Assembly (NCBI RefSeq): GCF_001194135.2
Contig: NC_068981.1
Location: 73,588,178 to 73,644,295 of the forward strand
From: Octopus bimaculoides
Lineage: Eukaryota
Reading direction: 5' to 3'
Length of the DNA: 56,118 nucleotides
In this document: piece after piece, positions 38,323-50,154 of the stretch
How the letters are laid out: each line of letters opens with the position of its first letter
Position numbering within the stretch: position 1 is the stretch's first letter
The notes under the pieces: generated by a model
The model's database searches: none
The model's input: the letters and a program-made list of their open reading frames with translations, nothing else
Told to the model about the DNA's origin: nothing
Position numbers and translations under genes: made by a program

Positions 38323-38705
38323 TACTCTTTTACTCTTTTACTTGTTTCAGTCATTTGACTGCGGCCATTAGTCGAACAAATCGACCCCAGGACTTATTCT
38401 TTGGAAGCCTAGTACTTATTCTATCGTTCTCTTTTGCCGAACCGCTAATTTACGGGGACGTAAACACACTAGCATTGGTTGTCAAGCGATGTTTGGGAGA
38501 CAAACACAGACACACAAACATATACACACACACATATACATATATATATACATATACACGACGGGCTTCTTTCAATTTCCGTCTACCAAATCTACTCACA
38601 AGGCTTTGGTCGGCCCGAGGCTATAGTAGAAGACACTTGCCCAAGGTGCCACGCAGTGGGACTGAACCTGGAACCATGTGGTTGGTAAGTAAGCTACTTA
38701 CCACA
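38323..38705 (-). mobile_element. SINE family B, near full length
   Basis: Reverse complement of 13957-14352 at high identity, with a short internal deletion in the tail. Confidence 0.92.
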
Positions 38706-39949
38706 TATATATACGTATAGGTATAGGTTTGGTGGTTTCAAGACTGCCGCTATTTTACTTTGGTTACAGTGAAATATATGTGTGAAACTCCAATCACTTG
38801 CATAAATTCAGTTACCTTATGCGATAAACTAAGGAGTCGTAACTTAATATCCTACTTAAATGTCAAATGCTTCGCCTGCAGCTGGATACGAATTCATGAT
38901 CTATACACTTTTGCTTATCATCATTTGACACAAACATTTCTATAAAAATCTTTTTCTCAGGCTATAAAATCCATTAAATTACTCCTACAATAAATATCAG
39001 ATATTATTTAAAATTAAGAATGTTATTTCTCTTTCGCGTACTGACATTAAGATCTTGGGCAATTCTGTCTTTATATATTCTTTTCTACTCATTTTTTTTT
39101 CTTTTCTACTCTGTGTCTTTATATATTATTATATCATTTCATATTCTCGGTGCATTTCCGTAGGAATGAGTAAAATCAGTTTACCCACAATGTTAGATGT
39201 TGCAAATAATTCCAGAGAGAAGCCATTTCAAAAGTCTATAGCATAAATGAATACGTTAAGGGGGAAAACATAAAAAATTTGATTTCTTATGTGTTTTTGG
39301 TAATTGCATTTATGTTATATTTAATTTGTAAATGGATCTAGAAATAGAAGTGACATTATTCCTAGCTATAGCCGAATAAAATCAGTCGTTGTTTTTAGCT
39401 GAAATTCGTGATAAAACGCCCTATAAATGCTTTTGTTGGTTTAACCATGTTTAATTTAACTAAATTATTCATTACAGTTTATTTTTATATAATGATATTG
39501 TATTGCTAAAAACATTACATCATCATAGTGCGAATGCGCATTACTAAGTAGTTTGAAGTGCTTAGCTTACTTTTTAAGATCTTTGGTTCCATTCTTGAGG
39601 AAGGCACTTCATTTCATTTCATTACAGTCTACTCAAGTGTAAAGAATACTACCGACGTACTGAGGCAGGCAGCTTAATACTCACCCACCACCGCCCAAAT
39701 TAACCGCCTGAATATGCACCTGGGGTTGTAGCAGGATTCTGACAAGTTTTGATCATTCAAATCATTTTAGATTCGACCATCGTTACAGTAGTCTCTATTT
39801 TCCTTCTTAAACTTAGGTTTATTTCTCAAATTTACATTGTCTTTTCTGGAACAAGGTGCGCATGAATGGGCTGTTACTTTCTCAGCATAGTGCTTGAAGA
39901 GTCTTGATAAATAGAGAGACCGATATAAAATTTGTTTAGATTATTATTA

Positions 39950-42120
39950 TTTTATTCTTTTTTACGGTCAATTTTACTGTTCTCTGCCTGGAGTAAGTCA
40001 AGACGATATGTTGAAGCGAGCTTCGTTTATATAAACTTCGTAAGGATATTTGAAACTAGGTTAAAAACTAGCTTGGACATTCGCACGTTGACTCAGAGGC
40101 AAGCTCGAAAAACAGAAAAGAGTTGGTCATTCTGTCATACTGAGACGTCATGGAGAGTCACTTGCTTGTTTATTAGAAAATTCTGTTACAGATTAATTTC
40201 ATTCCGTGTACTGCGTTATAATGAATCGCAATGTTTCCTTGTAAATGTCAGATAGATAGTAAATGTCATAATTGTGCATCCGGTTTCCGACGTAACAACT
40301 TGAGCCATTACATCTCTAATTTTCATGTTCCTTGTCCGAGGTGCGATGTGTGGCTCGCTAGTTTATAGTATCGTATTGATGAGAATAGTCTTCAATTTGA
40401 TGTAATAGGGATATACTCAATGGTCTCTGTTTAGGCGTGATACATGTGATCTGTTCTATGAGATCTTTTCTTTTTTTATGACATTCAGCCATCTTATAAA
40501 AAGAATGCATCTGACTCTTGTAGTATACGATATGTGTGGTTTATGTATTTTTAGTGAACCCTGTATATGTCATATCAGTGTAGATGAATTTGTTCTTGTA
40601 TTGTTCTATGACCTGGTCCATTAAATTGTTTGGGTTACCATAGTTAGCTTATGTGCTTTTTTTCAAAGATGTTCTTGTTTACGGCTTCTTTAGTGAATGA
40701 ACAATTAAAAACTCGCTTGAAAGGGAATTGTCAATACATATTTTATATCTCTAGGGACACTGATTATCACTGCACATATCAGCGTTTATTTTTGTTCTTT
40801 TAGTGTAAAGTAAGATACCGTAGAGATTGTTCCTTATTTACTACATTCATATCCAAGAATATTGTGGTCAGCAAATCTATCAGTCTTATCTTTCTGTATC
40901 TGTTACTATGAATATTTCATCAATATATATTTGATAAAAGCTGTGTAGTTATATTTAGAAACGACTTTATTTTCAACGTCGATGATGCAGATGTTGCGTC
41001 TCTAAGTCCAAATGAAGAACTCAGAACCGTCTTCCAAATGTTATACCGGGCGCAGCATATTTATTCATCCATTAACATAATAAAGTATGTACTTCAGTTG
41101 AGAAAAAATCCAATCGTTTGACGAAAGTAAAGGGTAACAATTTTGAATTGGAAACATATGTAAAATATTGGCTTCAAACTTTGACACAACGCCAGCAAGT
41201 TCGGGGGGAGGGGTAAATCTATTGCATCGATCCAATTTGCTCAGCAGGTAGTTATTTTATGGCCCTAAAATGATGAAAGGCAAAGTCAACCTCGGCAGAA
41301 TTTAAACTAAGAACGTAAAAAATATATGTAAAATATTGCCAATAAATATAACAATCAGCCTGTTAACATTCATTAATCAATACCTAAAACTTTTTAGTTT
41401 ATCATAAAATGAATAATTGGTAATATACAAGCCGTATCTGGAAGAATAACTTGTGAGCTACAGAAGAGCAAGCACTTCAGATGTGCAAGCAACAGCAACT
41501 TTTGCGTGTTTCTTGATACAACAGGTGGTTTTATTATGTCGGGTGTGCACACATTATCCAAGGTTAAGTTTATAATTTCCTTTACTGGGACGATGGTGAA
41601 AAGAATTTCGTACATCCACCTTGGAAATGTAATCAGTGCTCAGTTGCTAGTAGAATTTCTAGGAATTTATTTGATGATTGTATACTGCATCTGTATGGTA
41701 CGTACTTCTTTATAATGTTATCTGCTTTTCTTTTACGGCAATTCTATAAGTGGTTGCATTGATTTGAGAGATTATAGGCGGGAGATAAGGTCTGTGCGTT
41801 TTAATAATGTTATAAGTGAATGCAAGGGTTAATTCTTTTTGTATGTGTTAGAAAAAGAATAAAATCTATTTGGGAGTTTGTGGCAATAATTGAGTTATTC
41901 AGTTTAATTTTTTGTTGAGCAGGGTTGACTTTCTTAATTTTGATGAATATGTTGTCATCAGCAACGATTTTATTTATTTTTGTAATACATTCATCAATAC
42001 AACGAACAGCTCTTCAAATCATTTTTACATCTTAGAATGTTTTCATTGTTTTTCAGTCAATGTTGACAAATACGTTTTGTTATGTTTCTATTCATGTTTG
42101 CAACATTCCCTATTAAATAG
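39950..42120 (-). mobile_element. Heavily decayed, nearly complete PLE ORF (RT plus probable GIY-YIG)
   Basis: In order on the minus strand: KTHRPYLPPIISQI..TYRIA; KYVPY.CSIQS.NKFLEIL; LFTIVPVKEII...KLLL; YIDEIF (40910-27); IFLDMNV; LYTK.T....CP.RYK; CYVG; LQGNIAIH...H. Confidence 0.7.
41171..41323 (-). mobile_element. SINE family A, 5'-truncated, 15-bp TSD, nested in the PLE
   Basis: ATATGTAAAATATTG at 41156-70 and 41324-38. Confidence 0.9.
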
Positions 42121-43221
42121 AACTTACATTTAGTTCATGATATTCTCTCCGTTTCTATCTCTCTCTCTCTCTCTCTCTCTCTCGTTCTCTCTCTCTCCCT
42201 TTGTAAGTGTGTGTGTGTGAGTTTGTTGTATTTTATATTTGAATGTTTTATGAAAACAAACAGCAAGGGAAATAATAGCTGAGATCTTGAAAATAAATAG
42301 AAAATTATACTTCAAGTTACTGATAGCATATAAAAATGTAGTCAAAGTGAGAATGCATTTGAAAGAAACTGAAAATATAAAAACGAAATGAAATGCAAAA
42401 GAGATTACACAATTAGACTAAAATATGATAATTAGGTTTCATATTCTTTCAAATGATTTGTAAAAGTTAGTTTTTCAAAACAATAAAAACTTGAACTATA
42501 AGAATTAATTTGTCAGAAAAGAAATTATTCTTTTAATCGCTATTTATTCACTTATTTGGAGGAATAAGAAAATATTGATGAAATAAATAAAATATTCAGT
42601 AAGAATTTATCTGATATTTATGTATTTGTTTGGAGATTAGAGAAAAGCAAATTTGTGGATTCTCAGATTAAAATACAAATTTGGGATTAAATCTCTTATA
42701 ATAGAAATAAGGTAATGAATAACAGAACCAATAATGCGCCGGATAAATTTGTCTTCTATTATTTAGCTTTGTTTCTTTATGTTCTTGAATTCTTTCGGAG
42801 ATGACTTTGCCTTTTTATTCTTCTTAGAGTGGTAAAGTAACTACCAGTCAAATAAGCCGGTCATTATTTTCAACTGCAATCTCTGCAAAGATGTACGACC
42901 ATATGACGATGTTAGAAATCTGCATTAGTTACGTTATTTTATAATTATTATGTTCAGATAATGAAAATGATGTTGTCATTTATCCTTCCAAGGCAATATG
43001 GGGGATTGTGCCTAAGTGGGAAATAATCATTTATTAAAATAAATGAAATCCTTATTAATAAATTCATCTAAATTGAAGTATTACTGGTTAGCATATTGTA
43101 TTTTATCCAGGATAATTTATTGTAGGGTTTCACCAAGTTGTATGATGAGAGAGTAAAAATCTCGACATATATTTTTAAATAATAACATACCTCTGCACAA
43201 TTTTACTCGGTAAAGTATATT

Positions 43222-43424
43222 CTTTTCTACTCTAGGCATAAGGCTCGAAATTTTGGGGGAGCGGGCTAGTCGATTAGATCGACCCCAGTACTTAATTTAT
43301 CGACCCCGAAAGGATGAAAGGCAAAGTCGACCTCGGCGTAATTTGAACTCAGAACGTAAAGACAGACGAAATACCGCTAAGCATTTCGCCTGGCGTGCTA
43401 ACGTTTCTGCTAGCTCACTGCCTT
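43222..43424 (-). mobile_element. SINE family A, full length, 17-bp TSD (one mismatch)
   Basis: ACTCGGTAAAGTATATT at 43205-21 and ACTCGATAAAGTATATT at 43425-41. Confidence 0.92.
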
Positions 43425-43889
43425 ACTCGATAAAGTATATTGATTGCAATCTCTGCTTATTGAAGACTTTTATTGAGTCTTCATCTTAGCAGTTATTGGA
43501 CTTTAAAAAACCTGACTGGTAAGATGTTAAAGTTGTTTTAAAAAAAGAAAGTTAGCACTGCAATCCAATATTACCTTGATAACTACATATCGTGGCTTTG
43601 AGAGCTACATTTGGTCCACCGTCATTTTACTGTGGAATCATTCGCGAAAACCGAACTGTATACTGAACAGTATTTGTAACTGAGTCCATGAGAACATGAA
43701 ACTGGATTGCAGTCGACACCATAGACACAATGACAATAGCAGCAACTACAACAATAGCAACTGCAGTAACAGCAGAAGGAGATATCCAAGCTGATATCGA
43801 GACACTGGATATGTGCCACCATAGATGAGGCAGCTAACCGGTCTCTTCTGCTAAAGTATAACACTAACATCAAAAATAAACGACTCATG

Positions 43890-44110
43890 TCGATTTGCAT
43901 TTATCCATTAGCCTCTTTTTAGTCCTTTAAAATCGGGTTCTTCGATTTCTTCAATTGAGATCTAGGGCGCAAGATAGTTGTGTCGGCATACGGAGGTGAT
44001 GTCGCCATTTTAAGATATCCCGGCTTGCGTCGTAGATCTCTGGATCGACTATTCTGTCAAGATGCTTGATGTCTAATTTTAGGGGAGATTCCGCATGTTG
44101 GATGAGGATA
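43890..44110 (+). mobile_element. Possible Tx1/L1-type RT scrap
   Basis: GRKIVVSAYGGDVAIL resembles V.AYADDV.I; single-motif evidence only. Confidence 0.35.
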
Positions 44111-44159
44111 CTAAAGGAAAAAAATCATTCTTTGAATAATGTAGTAATATACCTTAGCA

Positions 44160-44546
44160 GTGGAGGCGCAATGGCCCAGTGGTTAGGGCAGCAGACTCGC
44201 GGTCATAGGATCACGGTTTCGATTCCCAGACCGGGCGTTGTGAGTGTTTATTGAGCGAAAACGCCTAAAGCTCCACGAGGCTCCGGCAGGGGATGGTGGT
44301 GAACCCTGCTGTACTCTTTCACCACAACTTTCTCTCACTCTTACTTTCTGTTTCTGTTGTTTGTTGTGCCTGTAATTCAAAGGGTCAGCCTTGTCACACT
44401 GTATCACGCTGAATATCCCCGAGAACTGCGATAAGGGTATACGTGTCTGTGGAGTGCTCAGCCACTTGCACGTTAATTTCACGAGCAGGCTGTTCCGTTG
44501 ATTGGATCAACTGGAACCTTCAACGTCGTAAGCGACGAAGTGTCAA
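44160..44546 (+). mobile_element. SINE family C, full length, 11-bp TSD
   Basis: A-box TGGCCCAGTGG, B-box GGTTTCGATTCC; ATACCTTAGCA at 44149-59 and 44564-74. Confidence 0.93.
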
Positions 44547-45183
44547 CAATACCTTAACCAACAATACCTTAGCAAAAAAAAAAAAGCTAGGAGACAATTG
44601 TATATTCGAAAGTAACTTTCTTTATTGCCATAATGATTTTGGGTCTGAGTTATCATATTTACCTGATAATGAGGACCTTCGGGCACGTCATGAACACATA
44701 GCGCATGAAACGTATCACTCACTGAAGTATATTTTCATCAACTGCAGAGGGAGAAAACGGCAAAAATTGATAGACTGTACGTGGTAACGAAGAGATTTAT
44801 GTATATTGAGTTATCTGGCTATCGAGAAGTGAATAAAAGGCGAGTCAGATTGTAATAGCTTATTTTTCAAAGTTGGCAAACAAACCGAACACTGCAAAAG
44901 TGAAGATAAAATTTCTACTGGTGATTGTCAGCTTCGGAATGATTTTGATTGGTCAAAATTAATCGGTTCCCCAGTATAATAAGACCTATTTGCTTCTCAC
45001 TCTATGATGTTTTAACTGAGGACGTTATTTTGTATGGTTTTCAATGGAATTTCCCAAATTTCAATCCAAATGTGATTATTTGAAATAAGACTCATCCGCT
45101 TCACGAGCAACTTATCTTTAAATATCTAATCCACTCTGAATTATAGTTTCCTGATTCGTAACATCAATTTTTTTCTTAACTAC

Positions 45184-45305
45184 ATGGCTTGGAGTTTTAA
45201 TCCCACAATACAACACCTTGGGTAGGCATCCTCAAATGTAGACTCGAGTAAACGAATGCCTTGTAAGCTGAATTTGTTAAACGGAAACAGCGTAGAAGCC
45301 TGTCA
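45184..45305 (+). mobile_element. Degenerate SINE family B-like head
   Basis: agttttaatcccac..caacaccttgggtagg...gccttgtaag.tgaatttgttaaacggaaac..tagaagcctgtc. Confidence 0.6.
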
Positions 45306-45749
45306 GTGGAAGAGTTCTTATTTTTAAAGGGTAACATTTCTCACCAAGCTTAACACTTCTGGTTTTTGGTTTCGTTAATGGAATTCACGGTTCTTTTGTC
45401 AGTAATAACACTTCTGAAGAGTCTAAATTGCAGAGAAGGCTGTCAAACAGCTGCTACTTTTGGTACACATTTACTCATTATAACTGTTATTCCTTCTTCA
45501 GTAATTTGAACATTGTATTCTGTAACTTCAAAAACAAATAATAGGATATATATGTTTTTAAAATTTTAATGAAGACAAAGTAATAAATTAAAAAGTAGCA
45601 TAGAGAAAATAATAGTTTGCTGATGTTGACAGCTGTTACAATGTATATAAAATTAAGTCTCAAGAAACGAAACAGATGTTTCAAAGTTTTTAAATGCTTG
45701 CATTTTTATCCGATTATGTTAAATAGCATTTCTAATAATCACACGCAAT

Positions 45750-46090
45750 TCCTTGTATGTATGTCTGTCTTTCTGTCTGTCTGTATGCATGTATGTATGT
45801 ATTATGTATGTATGTATGTATTATGTATGTATGTATGCATGTATGTATGTATTTATGCATGTATGTATTTATGTATGTATGTATTTATGTATGTATGTAG
45901 GAATGTATGTATGTATGTATGTATGTGTGTACGCATGTATGCAGGTACACATGTATTATATAATACATGAGTGTATCATGTGTATATATGAATGTAATGT
46001 ATTTTTCTGTGCGTATATATGTAGGTTTATATACATGCGTGTATATGTATATGTATATTTATGTATATATGTATGTATATACATGTATAT

Positions 46091-46121
<31 letters not shown>
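45750..46121. repeat. Compound (TATG)n/(TA)n tract
   Basis: Direct reading. Confidence 0.92.
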
Positions 46122-46776
46122 NNNNNNNNNNNNNNNNNNNNNNNNNNNNNNNNNNNNNNNNNNNNNNNNNNNNNNNNNNNNNNNNNNNNNNNNNNNNNNN
46201 NNNNNNNNNNNNNNNNNNNNNNNNNNNNNNNNNNNNNNNNNNNNNNNNNNNNNNNNNNNNNNNNNNNNNNNNNNNNNNNNNNNNNNNNNNNNNNNNNNNN
46301 NNNNNNNNNNNNNNNNNNNNNNNNNNNNNNNNNNNNNNNNNNNNNNNNNNNNNNNNNNNNNNNNNNNNNNNNNNNNNNNNNNNNNNNNNNNNNNNNNNNN
46401 NNNNNNNNNNNNNNNNNNNNNNNNNNNNNNNNNNNNNNNNNNNNNNNNNNNNNNNNNNNNNNNNNNNNNNNNNNNNNNNNNNNNNNNNNNNNNNNNNNNN
46501 NNNNNNNNNNNNNNNNNNNNNNNNNNNNNNNNNNNNNNNNNNNNNNNNNNNNNNNNNNNNNNNNNNNNNNNNNNNNNNNNNNNNNNNNNNNNNNNNNNNN
46601 NNNNNNNNNNNNNNNNNNNNNNNNNNNNNNNNNNNNNNNNNNNNNNNNNNNNNNNNNNNNNNNNNNNNNNNNNNNNNNNNNNNNNNNNNNNNNNNNNNNN
46701 NNNNNNNNNNNNNNNNNNNNNNNNNNNNNNNNNNNNNNNNNNNNNNNNNNNNNNNNNNNNNNNNNNNNNNNNNNNN
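46122..46776. other. Assembly gap (largest; others at 2529-53, 4740-49, 11289-432, 18858-19180, 22614-23215, 33981-34179, 35782-988)
   Basis: Runs of N. Confidence 1.
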
Positions 46777-47197
46777 ATATAAATATATATGCATATGTGA
46801 GCACAGGACGTCATGAAAGGTGTACAACAAAAAAGTACGAAGTACGAGTACATGGAATATGAACTATATTTTTGAACAACAAAAGACACAAATGGAAAAC
46901 AAGACAAACAACATAAAGCACGACCATTCATCAGTTGTTGGCTGTTTTTCTAGTCTCGTATTTCGAGCATTTAACAACAATATACGCTTTCGATAAAACA
47001 GTTGCTCCCTCAACGCAAATGAAATAAAATTTGGGATTTTGCCGGAGGGGTCAAAATTGGTGATACAAACAGGACAGTGAAAACAAACAATAAGTTTCTT
47101 AACTTCGGTAAACGGACGAGAACTCATGCGTTAAACGTGATATTGCTGTATATATATTTATATTCATATGTGTGTGTGTTTGTGTGTATGTGAAAGA

Positions 47198-47480
47198 GTT
47201 CCTCTGTCGATTTCGATGAGGAATATTGACTTGTTTGATAAACAAAATGACCTATTCTGTGGGTGATGCAGCGTCTGTATGTTCATGGCTTGTATATCTT
47301 GAACGCAATTCTCGAGAAAAATCAAAGTGAATTCGAGTGACAAGAATGCACCTTCGAATTACACATGGAATCCATCCGCACACTTTTCACACATTCTCAT
47401 TGACACAATTTCACTTACATGATGTGGATTGAGCCGGGATAAAAGATGCCCATCTAATAGGTGGGGCAGTGGGATCGAAC
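47198..47480 (-). mobile_element. Old diverged SINE with a family C-like tail
   Basis: B-box GTTCGATCCC (reverse complement of 47470-80); patchy match to the family C tail (ttaacg.a.ttctcg.ga.a.tca..gtga; cctt.gaattaca). Confidence 0.55.
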
Positions 47481-47497
47481 AAACAATCTCTCATAGG

Positions 47498-47498
<1 letters not shown>

Positions 47499-47573
<75 letters not shown>
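47499..47573. repeat. (TA)n microsatellite
   Basis: Direct reading. Confidence 0.97.
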
Positions 47574-47579
<6 letters not shown>

Positions 47580-47785
47580 AATAATAAATGAGTATATGCA
47601 TATATACGTACAGGTATGTGCAAACCTACGTCTACCTGTATATATAGGTGCATATCCGGGTACAGGACATTGCAAACAAAACGTAGACAAGAAAATAATA
47701 ATAACCAGAGTACAGAAAACACACAAGCCACATAGAGAACATTTTCCTTCATCAGCTACCCCCTTCAAAGTAGGAGTTGGCAACC

Positions 47786-48053
47786 AGTATTCTAACTTTA
47801 AATCTCAAGCGAGAACTAACAGCACTTCTTTATCTCGGTTTATTCATAACCTAAAGCAAATCTCAGTTCTATACAAGTTAAAATGGGCCATCGTTACTCA
47901 TGCTAAACCGTATAACCCGCTATAACAACAAATGGGCCCTCTGCATTGCAGAAGTCGTATCTATTATGCAATGCAACAAATTGTTTGAACGAACGGAGCC
48001 ACCAAATTCTTAATTGTAAACACAGGCTATCTAACATATTCTCAAGGTACAAA
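47786..48053 (+). mobile_element. PLE GIY-YIG C-terminal fragment
   Basis: YSNFKSQARTNSTSLSRFIHNLK...KWAIVTHAKPYNP, then ALCIAEV..I and LNER....CKH; the same type as 36500-36890. Confidence 0.75.
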
Positions 48054-48290
48054 TGATAGCGCCTTCACAATTATTCCCTCACAATTCCTCCAACCCCACT
48101 TGACGCTCTTCTATGTATCTATAACATACATTTTTAGCTACCTTTATACATTCTCAACCTCGTGATCTCTCGACATCTTCCACTCTGCACATGAGAATAT
48201 TAAGTCGCGTACACACCTAAAGGATACTAAGGGCGTACAGAGAAGGTACGCGCCGAAATGCGAATATATAGTTTTACTATTAAGTAGTTA

Positions 48291-48635
48291 AGGCGCATGG
48301 CTCAGTGGTTAGATCGTCGGGCTCACAATCATGAGGTAGTGAGTTCGGTTCCCAAACCAGGCAGTGTGTTGTTTTCTTGAGCAAGACGCTTCATTTCACA
48401 TTGCTCCAGTTCACGCAGCTGTAGAAATGAGTTGCGACGTTACTGATGTCAAGCCGTATCGGCCTTTGCCTTTGCTTTGGATAAAATCGGTGGAGTGGAG
48501 AAGGGAGACTGATATGCATGGATGACAGCAGGTCTTCCATAAAGAACCTTGCCCGGACTTGTGGCTAGGAGGGGAACTTTCTAAATGCAACCCCTTGAGG
48601 ATTCATGACCGAAGAGTGTCTTTGCATGTTACCTT
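48291..48635 (+). mobile_element. SINE family D, full length
   Basis: A-box TGGCTCAGTGG, B-box AGTTCGGTTCC, then GTGTTGTTTTCTTGAGCAAGAC, a body resembling Nin/CORE-type domains as recalled. Confidence 0.88.
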
Positions 48636-49304
48636 TTATTGTTAAAGGGTAAACCACCTATTTACCCACGAACTACTGTTCTCTTAATGACTAGAACCTT
48701 TATCTCCCTCCTCGCTCTCTTTCTTCTCCTTCCTCTCTTCTTTTCTAGCAAATCCACATTATTCCCACTCCTAAATATTTGACCAATTCTCTTCATTTTC
48801 GTCTCATTCATGACAATTTCACTTCTAAAATTTCTTCTCTTTTCTTTTCTTTGATACTATTTCAATGTATACACTTGGGTGCGACAATATATTTATGTAT
48901 TTACCGTTGACATAGTAAATGACTCCAGTTTAATATTCACTACTTTCCACTCAGTCAGCTTCAATCTAACCTGAAGTCCCCCCTTCTCCCCCTCTCATCT
49001 TTAAAATTCTTAATAATTTTAGACTATTTCCCACTCCTATATTTTATTTCTTCATGTATATCTTTTTTTTTTTTTTTTGTCTTTCACTCCGTTCTTCTGG
49101 CTTCACTATTGATTTAATATTACATCTCCGGCGAGTTAACTCGAGATCTCTTGACTGCAACGTAACCTTCATTTAACTAAGGTGTCTTCAGAATGATGAG
49201 TGGCTAGTGGAGTTCCCTTCATTGAGTAATTATTACTTCTGAGATTCTGCGAGCTAGGAAACATATGTAGCCGGGATTTTACCTGCTTCATACCCTCAAC
49301 TTGG

Positions 49305-49342
<38 letters not shown>

Positions 49343-50154
49343 GCAGCAATTTCACTTATATATATTTTTGCTTATTGTTCTTGCGCAAAGCGATTGTTTA
49401 TGACTTTGCATTACAGAATGCAATTTCAAGAACTATGTGATTCACTTGAAGTGGAAATGAGATACCGAAACTATATCATATTTACACCAGTAATTATTCT
49501 GAGAAAGACCACAAATGAATAAAACAAAATTCTATTATATTTCCATCAAAAACCATTTGATTCATTAATTTGTAAGCTAAATCCTTTCATGTAGATTTTC
49601 TCCTTTCTTTTTCAACAACACCTGCAACATAAGTATAATTAAATGATCGCTAAAATTAGGAAACGAACAAACAAGTTCTTTTGAAGCCACGTTTGGTAAC
49701 TAGATTGATAATGTCATGTTGACATCATTTCACATAGACAGAACATGTTTTAACAATGCATCTTTTCAATGTAAATAAATATAAAGTAAAACTGGAGATA
49801 TCTATTACTATTATTGATCGAAATCTAGATGGAATATATGCGTTTTTAGAAAGTTTTGATAACTATTTCAATTTTGGATTAAAATTCGAAGGTTTTAATA
49901 TCAAGACAACTGCTTCTAAAATATTAATAGAGACAGTGGATATGAAAAAAGAAAATATATAATAAAGCTATTAAAATGATGTCATCAGCGCCATAAGATT
50001 ATCCATAAAAAAGATGATACATAATTGCATTCCTGTACGCGTTAGTAACGTGTTTGCTTAGATGTAAAAAGAAGCAAAAAATATTTGATTTTTTTTAGTT
50101 ACACACACGCGCGAACACGCTCGCGGTACACACACACGCAGAGGCGTGAACATA

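Noticed and set aside
39676-39740. Strong minus-strand donor GG|GTGAGT at ~39684
   Set aside because: The upstream acceptor is poor and no identifiable peptide results.
45753-46931. Long 250-370 aa ORFs (also at 11185-11632, 18724-19446, 22503-23300, 33737-34315, 35712-36020)
   Set aside because: They are open only because they span N-gaps.
48220-48270. GGCGTAC/GTACGCGCC stem followed by GAAA downstream of a PLE fragment
   Set aside because: No recognisable CTGANGA or stem I.
48291-48360. tRNA-Val(CAC)-like cloverleaf, and similar heads at 13957, 18591 and 44160
   Set aside because: There is no complete acceptor stem and the sequence continues into a SINE body; these are SINE heads, not tRNA genes.
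49756-49962. 68-aa ATG-initiated ORF
   Set aside because: AT-rich with no recognised homology or exon context.
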